Positions 6,840 through 15,305 of a stretch of DNA of 64,000 nucleotides are shown in pieces. The translations under genes were made by a program, and so were the position numbers. This DNA is from Rhodocyclaceae bacterium (GTDB lineage: Bacteria; Pseudomonadota; Gammaproteobacteria; Burkholderiales; Rhodocyclaceae). The stretch is taken from the NCBI GenBank assembly GCA_027310465.1, contig DAIDAU010000514.1, positions 270-64,269 on the forward strand, in the 5' to 3' direction. The notes below the pieces were generated by a model. The model was not told the DNA's origin. It searched no databases and was given only the letters and a program-made list of their open reading frames with translations. Positions within the stretch are counted from its first letter, which is position 1; the number at the start of each line of letters is the position of its first letter.

Positions 6840-7449
6840 TCAAGACCACTCAAGTCACTGATCCAACGGCGTAAATGCCATCAACCCCTGTCCTGTAATG
6901 CACTACTCTGGTGAAAAACCCTTTGACTTTTCATTTTCAAACGTGCATTCGTGCGCGCGCCCGTTCTGGGAAAATTGCGTGTTGAGGACAAGCGAGCCCA
7001 CAGGCGAGCGCTTCTTCCTCACTCTCCTCTCTCTCTCCCTTCAATAAGGGGTGGTCTTATAGAGTCCTCTGCCGCCAGCCCCGGCAGACGACGAAAGACA
7101 CCCCGCGCTTTCCCAGAGAACTCACGCCAGCGTGACCCGCGCATCGCCCTTGAGGGGCTCGCGGCAAACACGGCGCCCATCACCAACACCTTGCCCCAGC
7201 GCATAGGGACGGCAGCCCCCTCGATCGAGGTCAACACGGTGCCGTCCCGCCCTGGAGCCAGCGCCTTCGCCTTCGCCTTAGCAGAGGGAGAGCCGCGCGC
7301 TATGGGTCATCGACCCTTCAGCCCACGACGGTGCGAGCGCCTGTCGAAACAGCGGCATTTTGTGCGGACCGGTATGAAATCGGTCAAAACCTCATGGAAC
7401 AGCTCAGTTCCATCTGAAAAACAGAACACAACATCGTTGGAGCCAACCA

Positions 7450-7869
7450 ATGCCGTTCGAGACGCTGCAGACCATCACCAAGGACAACCAGCCTCCGACC
7501 GCCAAGCTCTCCTATCTCCGCCCGAAGGATCGCAAGACCGGGCAGTCGAAGCGGGACAGCAAGCCCAATCTCAAGATCACGATCGCCTCGACGGTGTGCG
7601 GCACCTCGAAGTCGGAGCTGTACGAGCTGCTGCTCGGCACCGGCGCGGACGCTGGCAAGATCCGCGTCAAGGGCATCGACACCAAGCGCAGCCCCAAGAA
7701 GGGCCACGGCGTCAAGGTCAAGCAGCTGATGCACGCCTTCGTCTGGGACTTCGGTTATGTGCCGAAGCTCGGCGAGGACATCTTCGAGGACCGCTGCGAG
7801 GTCACCAAGATCGGTGACGAGGAATACGAGATCGCCGGCAAGGCCTCCTGGTTCGAGCACGTCGGCTGA
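7450..7869 (+). CDS. hypothetical protein (139 aa), first gene of the long rightward operon
   Basis: GGAGCCAACCA-ATG; MPFETLQTITKDNQPPTAKLSYL... Confidence 0.75.
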   Translation: MPFETLQTITKDNQPPTAKLSYLRPKDRKTGQSKRDSKPNLKITIASTVCGTSKSELYELLLGTGADAGKIRVKGIDTKRSPKKGHGVKVKQLMHAFVWDFGYVPKLGEDIFEDRCEVTKIGDEEYEIAGKASWFEHVG

Positions 7870-7873
7870 TCCG

Positions 7874-8011
7874 ATGGGCAAGTGGGAGCCGGTTGAAGTC
7901 CTGATCGCCGAGACTGTCGCTGGCGCCGCGGCCATCGCGGCGACCGGGCACAACGGCTACGGCTGGTTCCTGCTGTTCGCGGCTGCGCTGATCGTGGTGA
8001 CCTCGCTATGA
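7874..8011 (+). CDS. small membrane protein (45 aa)
   Basis: MGKWEPVEVLIAETVAGAAAIAATGHNGYGWFLLFAAALIVVTSL; ATGA coupling to the next gene. Confidence 0.5.
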   Translation: MGKWEPVEVLIAETVAGAAAIAATGHNGYGWFLLFAAALIVVTSL

Positions 8012-8151
8012 GTACCGAGACCATCCTGTTCTGCGTGATGATGGCGATCGCGTTGGCGGCGCTCGGCATCTGCTTCTACGGGAGCGACGGCGGTGGCGAG
8101 CCGCACGACTGCATCTGCCATGAGTACAAGCCGGACTGTGACTGCCGGTGA
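8008..8151 (+). CDS. small membrane protein with Cys-rich tail (47 aa)
   Basis: MSTETILFCVMMAIALAALGICFYGSDGGGEPHDCICHEYKPDCDCR; coupled at both ends. Confidence 0.5.
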   Translation: MSTETILFCVMMAIALAALGICFYGSDGGGEPHDCICHEYKPDCDCR

Positions 8152-8378
8152 CCAAGTTCGTCTCGATCAACGGCCAAACCATCCGCCGCAACGCCATCTC
8201 CGGCGAGCGCAAGCCGCCGATCCGGATCGCGAAGTCCCGCCACGACGACAAGCCGGTCTATGCCAGCGAGGTCGAGATCCTCGGCGCGGCCAGGCTGGTC
8301 TACGACCCGGACAAGGCGATCATGCGCTGCGGCGCCCGCCTCGTGCTGGAATGCACCGACGTCAAGATCATCCGGTAG
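8148..8378 (+). CDS. hypothetical protein (76 aa)
   Basis: GTGA coupling at 8148-8151; MTKFVSINGQTIRRNAISGERKPPIRIAK...; TAG stop. Confidence 0.6.
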   Translation: MTKFVSINGQTIRRNAISGERKPPIRIAKSRHDDKPVYASEVEILGAARLVYDPDKAIMRCGARLVLECTDVKIIR

Positions 8379-8435
8379 GACGCCGGATCGTCTACCCTCC
8401 ACCAGAAGCCAGAACGGCCAGAAAAGGGAAGTGTC

Positions 8436-8561
8436 ATGCGCCTCACGATCATCGCGGTTGCGACCGTCATTGCCGCCATCTATCTCGGCCAGATCGCCCA
8501 GACGCTGGACGACATTTCGGCGACGCTGCGAAGCGCCCGCACCGTCACGCTCTCGCACTGA
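8436..8561 (+). CDS. small membrane protein (41 aa)
   Basis: AAAGGGAAG RBS; MRLTIIAVATVIAAIYLGQIAQTLDDISATLRSARTVTLSH. Confidence 0.45.
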   Translation: MRLTIIAVATVIAAIYLGQIAQTLDDISATLRSARTVTLSH

Positions 8562-8573
8562 CGGGAGGGTGAC

Positions 8574-9023
8574 ATGAGCACACTCGCCGGTGAGCTTCAC
8601 GCCTTTGCCAAGAAGATCGAGCAGCTCGAGGATCGCATCCTGCAGCTGGAGGATCTGCTCGGCATGGGCGAGGACGACATGGCGCTGATCCGCAGCGCGA
8701 TCCCGTCCCTGACAGCGCGCGAGGCGCGCCTGCTCGGGCTGCTACGTGCGCGCCGCGGCGTCGTCTCGTTCGAGAACATCATGGACGCGGTCTACGGCGA
8801 CCGCGGCGAGATGCCGGCCACCAAGGTCTACACGGTGACGGTCTCGACCCTGCGCCACAAGATCGCAGAGCTCGGGCTCACGATCACCACCGTCAACGGC
8901 CTCGGCTATTCCATGAGCGAGGACAGCCGCAAGCGCCTCACCAAGATGATGGAGCGGGCGCTGCCCGCGCCGGCCGCTCGCGTCTCGCACGCGCATGGCT
9001 ACGAGACGGTGCTCGCATCATGA
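8574..9023 (+). CDS. winged-helix (OmpR/PhoB-type output domain-like) transcriptional regulator
   Basis: N-terminal coiled coil, then LTAREARLLGLLRARRGVVSFENIMDAVYGD...VTVSTLRHKIAELGLTITTVNGLGYSM. Confidence 0.65.
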   Translation: MSTLAGELHAFAKKIEQLEDRILQLEDLLGMGEDDMALIRSAIPSLTAREARLLGLLRARRGVVSFENIMDAVYGDRGEMPATKVYTVTVSTLRHKIAELGLTITTVNGLGYSMSEDSRKRLTKMMERALPAPAARVSHAHGYETVLAS

Positions 9024-9304
9024 GGCCGCTGCTGCGCCAGGGCGACGAGGTCCTGATCAAGGTGACCGTCCGGGAGAACCACGGCGACGTCCTGATGGTG
9101 CAGCTCGACGAGCCACGCGGCCTGACCCGGTTCCCGGTCGATCTCAGAAGCGTGGTGCTGGAGCCGCAGGGAGCCTCGCTGGTGAGCGCTCCGGAGCTGG
9201 GCTCCTTGTCGACCAAGGTCTGCGCCTATCACGATGGCTGCCCGCCGGACGCGCCTGTCTGCCATCTCTGCGCGGATCTTCAGCCGGCGAGCTTGTCGGC
9301 ATGA
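9020..9304 (+). CDS. hypothetical protein (94 aa)
   Basis: ATGA coupling; MRPLLRQGDEVLIKVTVRENHGDVLMVQL... Confidence 0.65.
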   Translation: MRPLLRQGDEVLIKVTVRENHGDVLMVQLDEPRGLTRFPVDLRSVVLEPQGASLVSAPELGSLSTKVCAYHDGCPPDAPVCHLCADLQPASLSA

Positions 9305-9708
9305 GCGAGTTCGCGAGCGGCACGAGCTATCCGATCGCGACGCTGCCCGACGATCTCCACGACGCGACCATCCCCAACGACCAGCGCTGGGCGCTACGGG
9401 ACGCGCTGTTCTGGAACGACTGCCAGGGCTGGTGGATCGAACACATTGCCGACGTCCGCGGCGACATGAACCGCGGCCAGTGCATCGCCAAGTTCTGGCA
9501 GCCGCTGCCGCATGATCCGATGACGCGGATCGAGATCCTCAAGGAGCGCGGCTATGCCGGCATCTGCGAGGATTGCGACCACGCCATCGCACGAGGCGAA
9601 GCCCATCACTGCTCGCCGTCAGCGGTCGCAGTGGTGCGGGCCCAGCGCGCCCTCAAAGCGCGCCACCAAGCAACAACCCGGAAAATAGGGGAGAAACGTC
9701 ATGCATAA
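9301..9708 (+). CDS. hypothetical protein (135 aa), DUF551-like C-terminal motif
   Basis: ATGA coupling at 9301; ...KFWQPLPHDP resembles the hWxPLPxxP signature of DUF551 (from memory). Confidence 0.55.
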   Translation: MSEFASGTSYPIATLPDDLHDATIPNDQRWALRDALFWNDCQGWWIEHIADVRGDMNRGQCIAKFWQPLPHDPMTRIEILKERGYAGICEDCDHAIARGEAHHCSPSAVAVVRAQRALKARHQATTRKIGEKRHA

Positions 9709-9883
9709 CATTGGCCTGCACGCACTCGGCCTGATCCCATTCATGATGCTGATCGGCTTCTCCATGAGCATCGGCGCTTCGGCCGCCACCGACTGGGACC
9801 CGCCCTATCTCAAGCTCGCCGGCTGGTTGCTCTCAGCGCTCCAGCTGCTCGCCTACATGCTGGTGGTCTGGGTCGGCGTCTGA
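9701..9883 (+). CDS. membrane protein (60 aa)
   Basis: GGGGAG RBS; two hydrophobic helices. Confidence 0.6.
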   Translation: MHNIGLHALGLIPFMMLIGFSMSIGASAATDWDPPYLKLAGWLLSALQLLAYMLVVWVGV

Positions 9884-10242
9884 TGGCCGAGGTCGTCGAT
9901 TTCCTCGCCGCAAGCGCCAAGCGCGCGGCCCGGACGTTCGACGCGCGGCAGGAAGCCGCTCGCCCGGTCTCGAGCCCGGCGCCGTGGCAGCGCGTTCGCT
10001 GCGCCCACAACAGCGGCAACGGCGACTGCCTCGCCAAGTGCGCCGAGGCCTGCATGTGCAATCGCGAGCCGATCACGCTGGGCTTTATCGCCCGGCGCGA
10101 GGTCGCCAAGCTCAAAGCCAACCGCAACCCGCACTCGCCGATGAACGTCGCGCCGCTGCTCCGGCCTGGCCGCGATGCCGGCTCGATCGCCGAGATCGAA
10201 CAGCGCTATGTCGGCGCGATGGCGTTCCTGGAGGATCTGTGA
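9883..10242 (+). CDS. hypothetical protein (119 aa)
   Basis: ATGA-type coupling; MAEVVDFLAASAKRAARTFD... Confidence 0.65.
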   Translation: MAEVVDFLAASAKRAARTFDARQEAARPVSSPAPWQRVRCAHNSGNGDCLAKCAEACMCNREPITLGFIARREVAKLKANRNPHSPMNVAPLLRPGRDAGSIAEIEQRYVGAMAFLEDL

Positions 10243-10379
10243 TGGGCGAGGTCATCCCGTTCCGTCCGCGCCGCAAGGCGGCCGCGCCCGACCTCGTGGT
10301 GCCGATGCTGGTGGCGCCCATCGCGGTCGCGATCGCCTGCACGGCGATCTTCACCGCGCTCTGGCTGCGGAGGTGGTGA
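10242..10379 (+). CDS. small membrane protein (45 aa)
   Basis: TGATG coupling; MGEVIPFRPRRKAAAPDLVVPMLVAPIAVAIACTAIFTALWLRRW. Confidence 0.5.
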   Translation: MGEVIPFRPRRKAAAPDLVVPMLVAPIAVAIACTAIFTALWLRRW

Positions 10380-10723
10380 TGCGGTTCTCCACCGAGATCG
10401 CCGAGCACCGCCCGGTCTATAAGCGGATCGAGCCCAAGAAGCCAGAGCCGCCGGCGATCGTCATCACCGAGAGCGAGTTCGCCCGCAAGCGCCGCGAGGC
10501 CGAGCAGGACCGCATCTGGCGCCTCACGGTGCAGAGCGCCAATGGCGGCGTCGCTCCCGTGGAGCCGAAGCCCGATCCGGTCGGCAGCGTCGATGGCGTC
10601 GACCTCGATTGTCTAGACCTCATCTGCTTCGCCAAGAGCGGCGGGCCGCCGATCGTGTGGCACAGCAATCCGTCCGCCGACGATAGCTGGGCCCGGGCAT
10701 GCTTTCTCCGGAGCGATCGCTGA
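10379..10723 (+). CDS. hypothetical protein (114 aa)
   Basis: TGATG coupling at 10377-10381; MRFSTEIAEHRPVYKRIEPKK... Confidence 0.6.
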   Translation: MRFSTEIAEHRPVYKRIEPKKPEPPAIVITESEFARKRREAEQDRIWRLTVQSANGGVAPVEPKPDPVGSVDGVDLDCLDLICFAKSGGPPIVWHSNPSADDSWARACFLRSDR

Positions 10724-11163
10724 TGTCGGACCGCAACGAGGCTCGCGAGCGCGACCTTGCGCTGCTCGCCCTGATCCTGTGCGCCGTGCTCGCCTTCGCG
10801 ATCGCGGCCTTCTGGTATGAGCCGCCCGCCCTGCACGTGGCGCAGATCACAGCGCCAGCGCCCATGCATGAAACGCATGAGGTCACGCCGCCCGCGGTCA
10901 TCGCTCCTCCGGTCGTTCCGGATGCTCCCGTAGCGCCGTTCGAGCCGGGCGATGCGCCGGTCGCGCTGCCGGTGATCGTTGATCCGGTCACGCCGTCCGC
11001 GCCCTCGCACAGCGACGGCTGCCACGACCAGCACCACTTCAAGGTGACGCACAAGCGCCACCACGGCCACCATCACAAGCGGCGTCGGCATCACCGCCAT
11101 CACCGCAAGCACGCCCATCACAAGCCTCTGCACAAGGCCTCTCACCCCAAGGAGGTCTGCTGA
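10723..11163 (+). CDS. membrane-anchored Pro-rich protein with extreme His/Lys/Arg-rich tail (146 aa)
   Basis: TGATG coupling; MSDRNEARERDLALLALILCAVLAFAIAAFWY...HHFKVTHKRHHGHHHKRRRHHRHHRKHAHHKPLHK. Confidence 0.65.
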   Translation: MSDRNEARERDLALLALILCAVLAFAIAAFWYEPPALHVAQITAPAPMHETHEVTPPAVIAPPVVPDAPVAPFEPGDAPVALPVIVDPVTPSAPSHSDGCHDQHHFKVTHKRHHGHHHKRRRHHRHHRKHAHHKPLHKASHPKEVC

Positions 11164-11387
11164 TGCAGCCGCTCCCCTCGACCCTTGTCCGCGAGCTGAT
11201 GCCCGCGACCGCGCAGGCCAAGCTCCTCGACGACGAGCCGCGCAGCGGCCGTCCGACTGAGGACATGCAGAAGGATGCATGGCGGCGCGCCTCCGCGCCG
11301 CGCTCGCTGACCTCGTGGGTGCTGGGCGATCCGCCGCCTGGCTGCAGCGCGCTCGACAAGATCAAGGCGCTCGGTCAGCGTAGATAG
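11163..11387 (+). CDS. hypothetical protein (74 aa)
   Basis: TGATG coupling; MQPLPSTLVRELMPATAQAKLLDD...; TAG stop, last gene before the tRNA. Confidence 0.6.
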   Translation: MQPLPSTLVRELMPATAQAKLLDDEPRSGRPTEDMQKDAWRRASAPRSLTSWVLGDPPPGCSALDKIKALGQRR

Positions 11388-11489
11388 TTTCACAGTTTGA
11401 ACGAAGTCACCTCGGGTGACACCGTCTCTTTGAGAGCGCAGGCCCGTAACAACCGACCGGGCCCGCCACTTCGTTCATCCCCTTCGTGT

Positions 11490-11565
11490 TGGGTAGTAGC
11501 TCAGACGGTAGAGCACGCGACTGTTAATCGCGGTGTCGCTGGTTCGAGCCCAGCCTTCCCAGCCA
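11490..11565 (+). tRNA. tRNA-Asn (anticodon GTT), CCA encoded
   Basis: Hand-folded cloverleaf. Acceptor TGGGTAG/CTTCCCA has one T:T mismatch at 5:68. D arm GCTC-AGACGGTA-GAGC, anticodon arm CGCGA-CTGTTAA-TCGCG, T arm GCTGG-TTCGAGC-CCAGC. U1-A72 and G73 as in bacterial tRNA-Asn. Confidence 0.85.
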
Positions 11566-11764
11566 TCAGTTTGGGTGCTGCAGCCTCGTAAGAGGTTAGC
11601 CTTGGTCCGGCTATTCCGACACGCCGGCCACCTCCGACCGGACCCTTGCGATGCTTCGGCATTGCGCTGGCCGAGGTCGGAGCGGTGTTGCGACTTTCGG
11701 ATTGGCAACGCCCACCCAACCGGTTCTTCCGCAAGAAACGCCAACCAAGAAAAGGAACGGCAGA

Positions 11765-11920
11765 ATGAGCCATCGCAAGCAGATGCGCTACATGAAGCGC
11801 ATCGCCAAGCAGCAGCGCTACATCCAGCAGGGTCTCAACGGCGATCGCGCCGTCGCGCGGCGCCTGCGCCAGATCGCGGCGGGCTCGCTCAAGGCGGCCA
11901 ACGGCCTGGTGCTCGCATGA
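11765..11920 (+). CDS. hypothetical basic protein (51 aa)
   Basis: AAAAGGAACGGCAGA-ATG; MSHRKQMRYMKRIAKQQRYIQQGL... Confidence 0.55.
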   Translation: MSHRKQMRYMKRIAKQQRYIQQGLNGDRAVARRLRQIAAGSLKAANGLVLA

Positions 11921-12144
11921 ACACGCAGGGCGAACCCACCACCGAGGCTCTCCCGGAGGAGACGCCCGCGCCGTTCAAGGTCGGCCAGACCGTCCACCTC
12001 AACAGTTTCAGCGGCGTTCCGCTGGTGGTGGAGGGACAGTTCACCATCCAGAACGACCCGTCGTCCTGGATCGTCGGCGTCGTCTGGATCGTCGACGAAC
12101 TCCACCTGCAGCGCGCTCAGTTCCCTGCGGATATGCTGAAATGA
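11917..12144 (+). CDS. hypothetical protein (75 aa)
   Basis: ATGA coupling; MNTQGEPTTEALPEETPAPFKVGQTVHL... Confidence 0.6.
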   Translation: MNTQGEPTTEALPEETPAPFKVGQTVHLNSFSGVPLVVEGQFTIQNDPSSWIVGVVWIVDELHLQRAQFPADMLK

Positions 12145-12389
12145 GCGGCCCTCGCGTCGGCGACCGTGTCCAGCTCACCGGCCGCGGCCGCAACATCATC
12201 GGCGACGTCATCAAGCACGTCGAGGCCTCCAAGCAGGCGCCGCTCAAGCGGAACCGGCAGACGACCTTCGCCGACTTCGCCGACGTCACCCCGCCGATCA
12301 CGGAAGGCTTCGTGGTGGTGCAGGACGAGCACGGCGGCAGCCATCTCGCCGACCTCGACGAGGTCACGGTGATCGGGAGGGCGGCATGA
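12141..12389 (+). CDS. hypothetical protein (82 aa)
   Basis: ATGA coupling; MSGPRVGDRVQLTGRGRNIIGDV... Confidence 0.65.
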   Translation: MSGPRVGDRVQLTGRGRNIIGDVIKHVEASKQAPLKRNRQTTFADFADVTPPITEGFVVVQDEHGGSHLADLDEVTVIGRAA

Positions 12390-12631
12390 CGCCCGAGGTT
12401 CGTGGCTTCCAGGTCGGCGACATCGTCAAGTCGCGCCGCATCGTCTCGACCACGGGCGAAGTGTTTGTCGGCATCGTGCAGCAGGCGTTCGTGCCGGAGG
12501 CCGGCGCGCGCTACGCCATCGTCGTCGATGCCAACGGCAAGAGCGGCATGCTGTTCTTCCACGAGCTCGAGTTCGCCACATCGGGCGAGCTGAAGCCGCG
12601 CACGCTGCACGTCGCCAAGGCTCTCGCGTAA
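12386..12631 (+). CDS. hypothetical protein (81 aa)
   Basis: ATGA coupling; MTPEVRGFQVGDIVKSRRIVSTTGEVF... Confidence 0.65.
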   Translation: MTPEVRGFQVGDIVKSRRIVSTTGEVFVGIVQQAFVPEAGARYAIVVDANGKSGMLFFHELEFATSGELKPRTLHVAKALA

Positions 12632-12684
12632 GTCCCTGTCGTTTCACGTGAAACTGTTCCAATAAATTCTACGGGAGAGACGCG

Positions 12685-13353
12685 ATGTCTCACGCCTGTC
12701 CGTACTGCGACGCCTCGTTCAACTGGGGCAAGGACGCAGCGTCCCCCCTCGGGGTCAAGGCCGGAGGTACGCCTGGCTGCGGGGAGAATGCGTTCTGGAA
12801 GCTGCACGGCCACATCGCCGCCGCGCACCCGTCAGAAGGCTTCGACTGCCCGCGCTCCGGCGAGAGCGCACGCCTTCTTCGCAAGGAGCACCGCGACCAC
12901 TGGTTCATGCGCGATGGCTATCGCAGCTGCTCCTATTGCGGCTCGATGCATCCGGAGGATCTGTTCGCGGCGATCGACGCCGGCACGGCCGCGATCAGCG
13001 GCACCGACAAGAACTACAAGATCTATGTCGACATGCCGGCGAAGATGGGCGGCAAGGCGATCTATTCGTCGTGCAGTCACGAAACGCCTGGCTATACGCT
13101 GCTCACCACGGAGCTGTGCGACCAGCACGGTCTCGACAGCTATGCGCGCGAGCACTACGTCGGCAGCTGGGTCAAGATCGAGGACCGCAGCCCCAAGGTG
13201 CACCTGAAGTTCTACTACCAGCACCTCGACGAGGCTGGGCAGGATCGCTTCATCGAGGCGTTCAACGCCAAGAAGCTGAAGCTCAATTCGTTCGGGCTCT
13301 ACGTGGCGCCGTACTTCGCCCGCAAGGTCGGCAAGCCGACGGTGGTGAAGTGA
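12685..13353 (+). CDS. hypothetical Cys/His-rich protein (222 aa)
   Basis: GGGAGAGACGCG-ATG; CPYC...HGHIAAAH and CSYCGSMH motifs. Confidence 0.75.
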   Translation: MSHACPYCDASFNWGKDAASPLGVKAGGTPGCGENAFWKLHGHIAAAHPSEGFDCPRSGESARLLRKEHRDHWFMRDGYRSCSYCGSMHPEDLFAAIDAGTAAISGTDKNYKIYVDMPAKMGGKAIYSSCSHETPGYTLLTTELCDQHGLDSYAREHYVGSWVKIEDRSPKVHLKFYYQHLDEAGQDRFIEAFNAKKLKLNSFGLYVAPYFARKVGKPTVVK

Positions 13354-13436
13354 TGCGCGCGCTGCGCTGGGCTCTGCGCTTCATCTGCGCCAAGCCGCGC
13401 CGGCGCCTGTCGATGGTCATGGGCAGGCACGCATGA
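13353..13436 (+). CDS. possible micro-ORF (27 aa)
   Basis: Coupled at both ends (TGATG, ATGA); MRALRWALRFICAKPRRRLSMVMGRHA. Confidence 0.35.
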   Translation: MRALRWALRFICAKPRRRLSMVMGRHA

Positions 13437-13795
13437 GCCTGTGCGATCGCTGCTATTCGCCGGGCCATTGCTGCAGGAGGTTCACCCCCAACGAGGGCGG
13501 CTTCGAGAAGGTCCACAAGGTGAGCGAGGGCGAGCAGGCCGTCGTCGAGTGGCTGGCCAAGCATCACCTGCCGTTCGATCCGCTGAAGATCCGCGACACG
13601 TCCGATAGCGCGGTCGGCAAGGTCGCGGCCTGGTACTATCGCTGCCCGCATCTCGGGCCCGAGGGCCGCTGCGGCATCTACGAGAGCCGCCCCGACCTCT
13701 GCCGCAGCTTCGAGCCGCAGTCGGACGAGCTGTGCATCCACTATCACGGCACCGAGGCCGGCGACCCGACACTCCCGTTCCCGGAGGCTGCATGA
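13433..13795 (+). CDS. YkgJ-family (CxxCxxCC) Cys-cluster protein
   Basis: CDRCYSPGHCC ... CPHLGPEGRCGIYESRPDLCRSF. Confidence 0.65.
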   Translation: MSLCDRCYSPGHCCRRFTPNEGGFEKVHKVSEGEQAVVEWLAKHHLPFDPLKIRDTSDSAVGKVAAWYYRCPHLGPEGRCGIYESRPDLCRSFEPQSDELCIHYHGTEAGDPTLPFPEAA

Positions 13796-14097
13796 GCCCG
13801 CTCTCCCATAGCGAACGCGGCTTCACGCTGCAGTTCTTCCTGACCGACTACTGGTATTTCGGTCATGCCCGCGTGATCGACGGCATCCCGTATGACCGCG
13901 GCTTCACGCAGGGCTTCGGCTTCTTCGCGGTCGAGGCGCGATGGGTCTCGAAGAAACGCCGCGCGCACCTGTCGCGCCCGTACCCGGGCAGTGAGGTGCT
14001 CGCCAAGGTCTGCAAGAAGCGCGTCAAGCGCGGGGCCACGCCCTGTCACTGGCCGCGCTGCAGCTGTGATATCGGCGCGGAGCCCTACAACCCATGA
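13792..14097 (+). CDS. hypothetical protein (101 aa)
   Basis: ATGA coupling; MSPLSHSERGFTLQFFLTDYWYFGH... Confidence 0.6.
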   Translation: MSPLSHSERGFTLQFFLTDYWYFGHARVIDGIPYDRGFTQGFGFFAVEARWVSKKRRAHLSRPYPGSEVLAKVCKKRVKRGATPCHWPRCSCDIGAEPYNP

Positions 14098-14321
14098 ACG
14101 CCTATTGGATCGTCGCGACGCTCGCGGCCATCGCTGTCTTTGGGGTCGGGGAGGGATACGCCTTCCGCTATCCGGACCGGCAGAACACGCTGTCGCGTGC
14201 GATCTACGAGCTGGGCAGCAAGTGGCCGCTGTCGATCTTCCTGATGGGGATGTTCGCAGGTGGTCTCGCCGTTCACTTCTTCTGGCATTGGTGCCCGGCG
14301 ATCGGTGCTGGCATCGGCTGA
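14094..14321 (+). CDS. membrane protein (75 aa)
   Basis: ATGA coupling; two hydrophobic helices. Confidence 0.6.
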   Translation: MNAYWIVATLAAIAVFGVGEGYAFRYPDRQNTLSRAIYELGSKWPLSIFLMGMFAGGLAVHFFWHWCPAIGAGIG

Positions 14322-14322
14322 C

Positions 14323-14547
14323 ATGCCGCCCCATATCGCCGTCTTCATGAGCCCGCAGGGCGAGCTCATTCGTCTGCCGACCAAGCAGATCGACAAGGTG
14401 CTCCCGCCGTCGGACCGCTTCCGGATGCCCGGGGTGACCTGGCGCTATGGCGACGGCACCCACGCCATCGTTCGCACCAAAGACGGCCGCGCCTTCGCCG
14501 TGATCGAGACGGTGCGCGAGGCCAAGCAGATGGCAGGCCTCAAGTGA
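14323..14547 (+). CDS. hypothetical protein (74 aa)
   Basis: ATG 2 nt after upstream TGA; MPPHIAVFMSPQGELIRLPTKQIDK... Confidence 0.55.
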   Translation: MPPHIAVFMSPQGELIRLPTKQIDKVLPPSDRFRMPGVTWRYGDGTHAIVRTKDGRAFAVIETVREAKQMAGLK

Positions 14548-15305
14548 GCGGCCTCGACAGCATCGACCACCTGCGCGGCGACGAGCTGATCGCCGAGTAC
14601 AAGCGCCGCTACGGCGAGAAGACGCTGCTGGCGTTCTCGCGCGGCAAGGACAGCATCGCGGTGGCGCTGGCGCTCCGGGACAAGATCGACATCATCCCGT
14701 TCTACTACGACGACATCCCGGGGCTCGAGTTCATCGAGGAGAGCCTCGACTATTACGAGCGCAAGCTGTTCGGCCGGCGGATCTTGCGGATGCCGCACCC
14801 GCAGTTCTACAAGCAGCTGCGCGACAACATCTACCAGCCGGTCCGGCGCGCCCAGGTGCTCGCCTCCGCCTCGCTCCCGCACATCGACCACGCCGACGTG
14901 GTCCGCATGGTCAAGGAGCAGGAAGGCATCACCGGCGACATCCTGTCGGCCACCGGCGTGCGCGCGCTCGACAACGCCATCCGCTTCATCTCGATCAGGA
15001 AGCACGGCCCGATCCGCCACGGCGCCGGCAACTGGACCCCGATCTGGGACTGGTCGAAGACGCGCCTGATGGACGAGATCGAGACCAGCGGCATCTCGCT
15101 GCCGGCCGATTACACCTTCCTGCCGCGCTCGCTCGACGGCTTCTCCTACCTCTACATCATCCCGCTGCGGGAGCACTACCCGAGAGACTACGAGCGCATC
15201 CTGCGCTGGATGCCGCTGCTCGAAGCGGAGATCGTCCGCCACGACATCCACAAGCGCCTCTGGGCCGAGATCGACAAGCAAGAACAACAAGGGACATCAC
15301 CATGA
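14544..15305 (+). CDS. PAPS-reductase/PP-loop family protein
   Basis: GTGA coupling; LLAFSRGKDSIAVALAL matches the SGGKDS-type PP-loop motif. Confidence 0.7.
   Translation: MSGLDSIDHLRGDELIAEYKRRYGEKTLLAFSRGKDSIAVALALRDKIDIIPFYYDDIPGLEFIEESLDYYERKLFGRRILRMPHPQFYKQLRDNIYQPVRRAQVLASASLPHIDHADVVRMVKEQEGITGDILSATGVRALDNAIRFISIRKHGPIRHGAGNWTPIWDWSKTRLMDEIETSGISLPADYTFLPRSLDGFSYLYIIPLREHYPRDYERILRWMPLLEAEIVRHDIHKRLWAEIDKQEQQGTSP

Noticed and set aside
6951-7817. 288-aa ORF spanning the gap and the start of the rightward operon
   Set aside because: Arg/Pro/Ser-biased, GTG start without RBS, and it overlaps the convincing 7450-7869 gene in another frame.
8376-8438. Other TAG stops followed in frame by the next gene (8376, 59390 on +; 3377, 3868 on -) as evidence for genome-wide TAG recoding
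   Set aside because: Each downstream gene has its own good RBS. TAG also ends genes where read-through hits other stops (19579, 41662). About half of some 13 TAG stops being in frame with the next gene is not clearly above the one-third expected by chance. Only 17012, 24132 and 50281 are kept as findings.
11490-11565. The tRNA as an amber suppressor explaining the in-frame TAGs, or as a prophage attachment site
   Set aside because: The anticodon loop reads CTGTTAA (GTT, Asn), not CTA. The gene lies mid-genome between phage operons with no integrase or direct repeat nearby.
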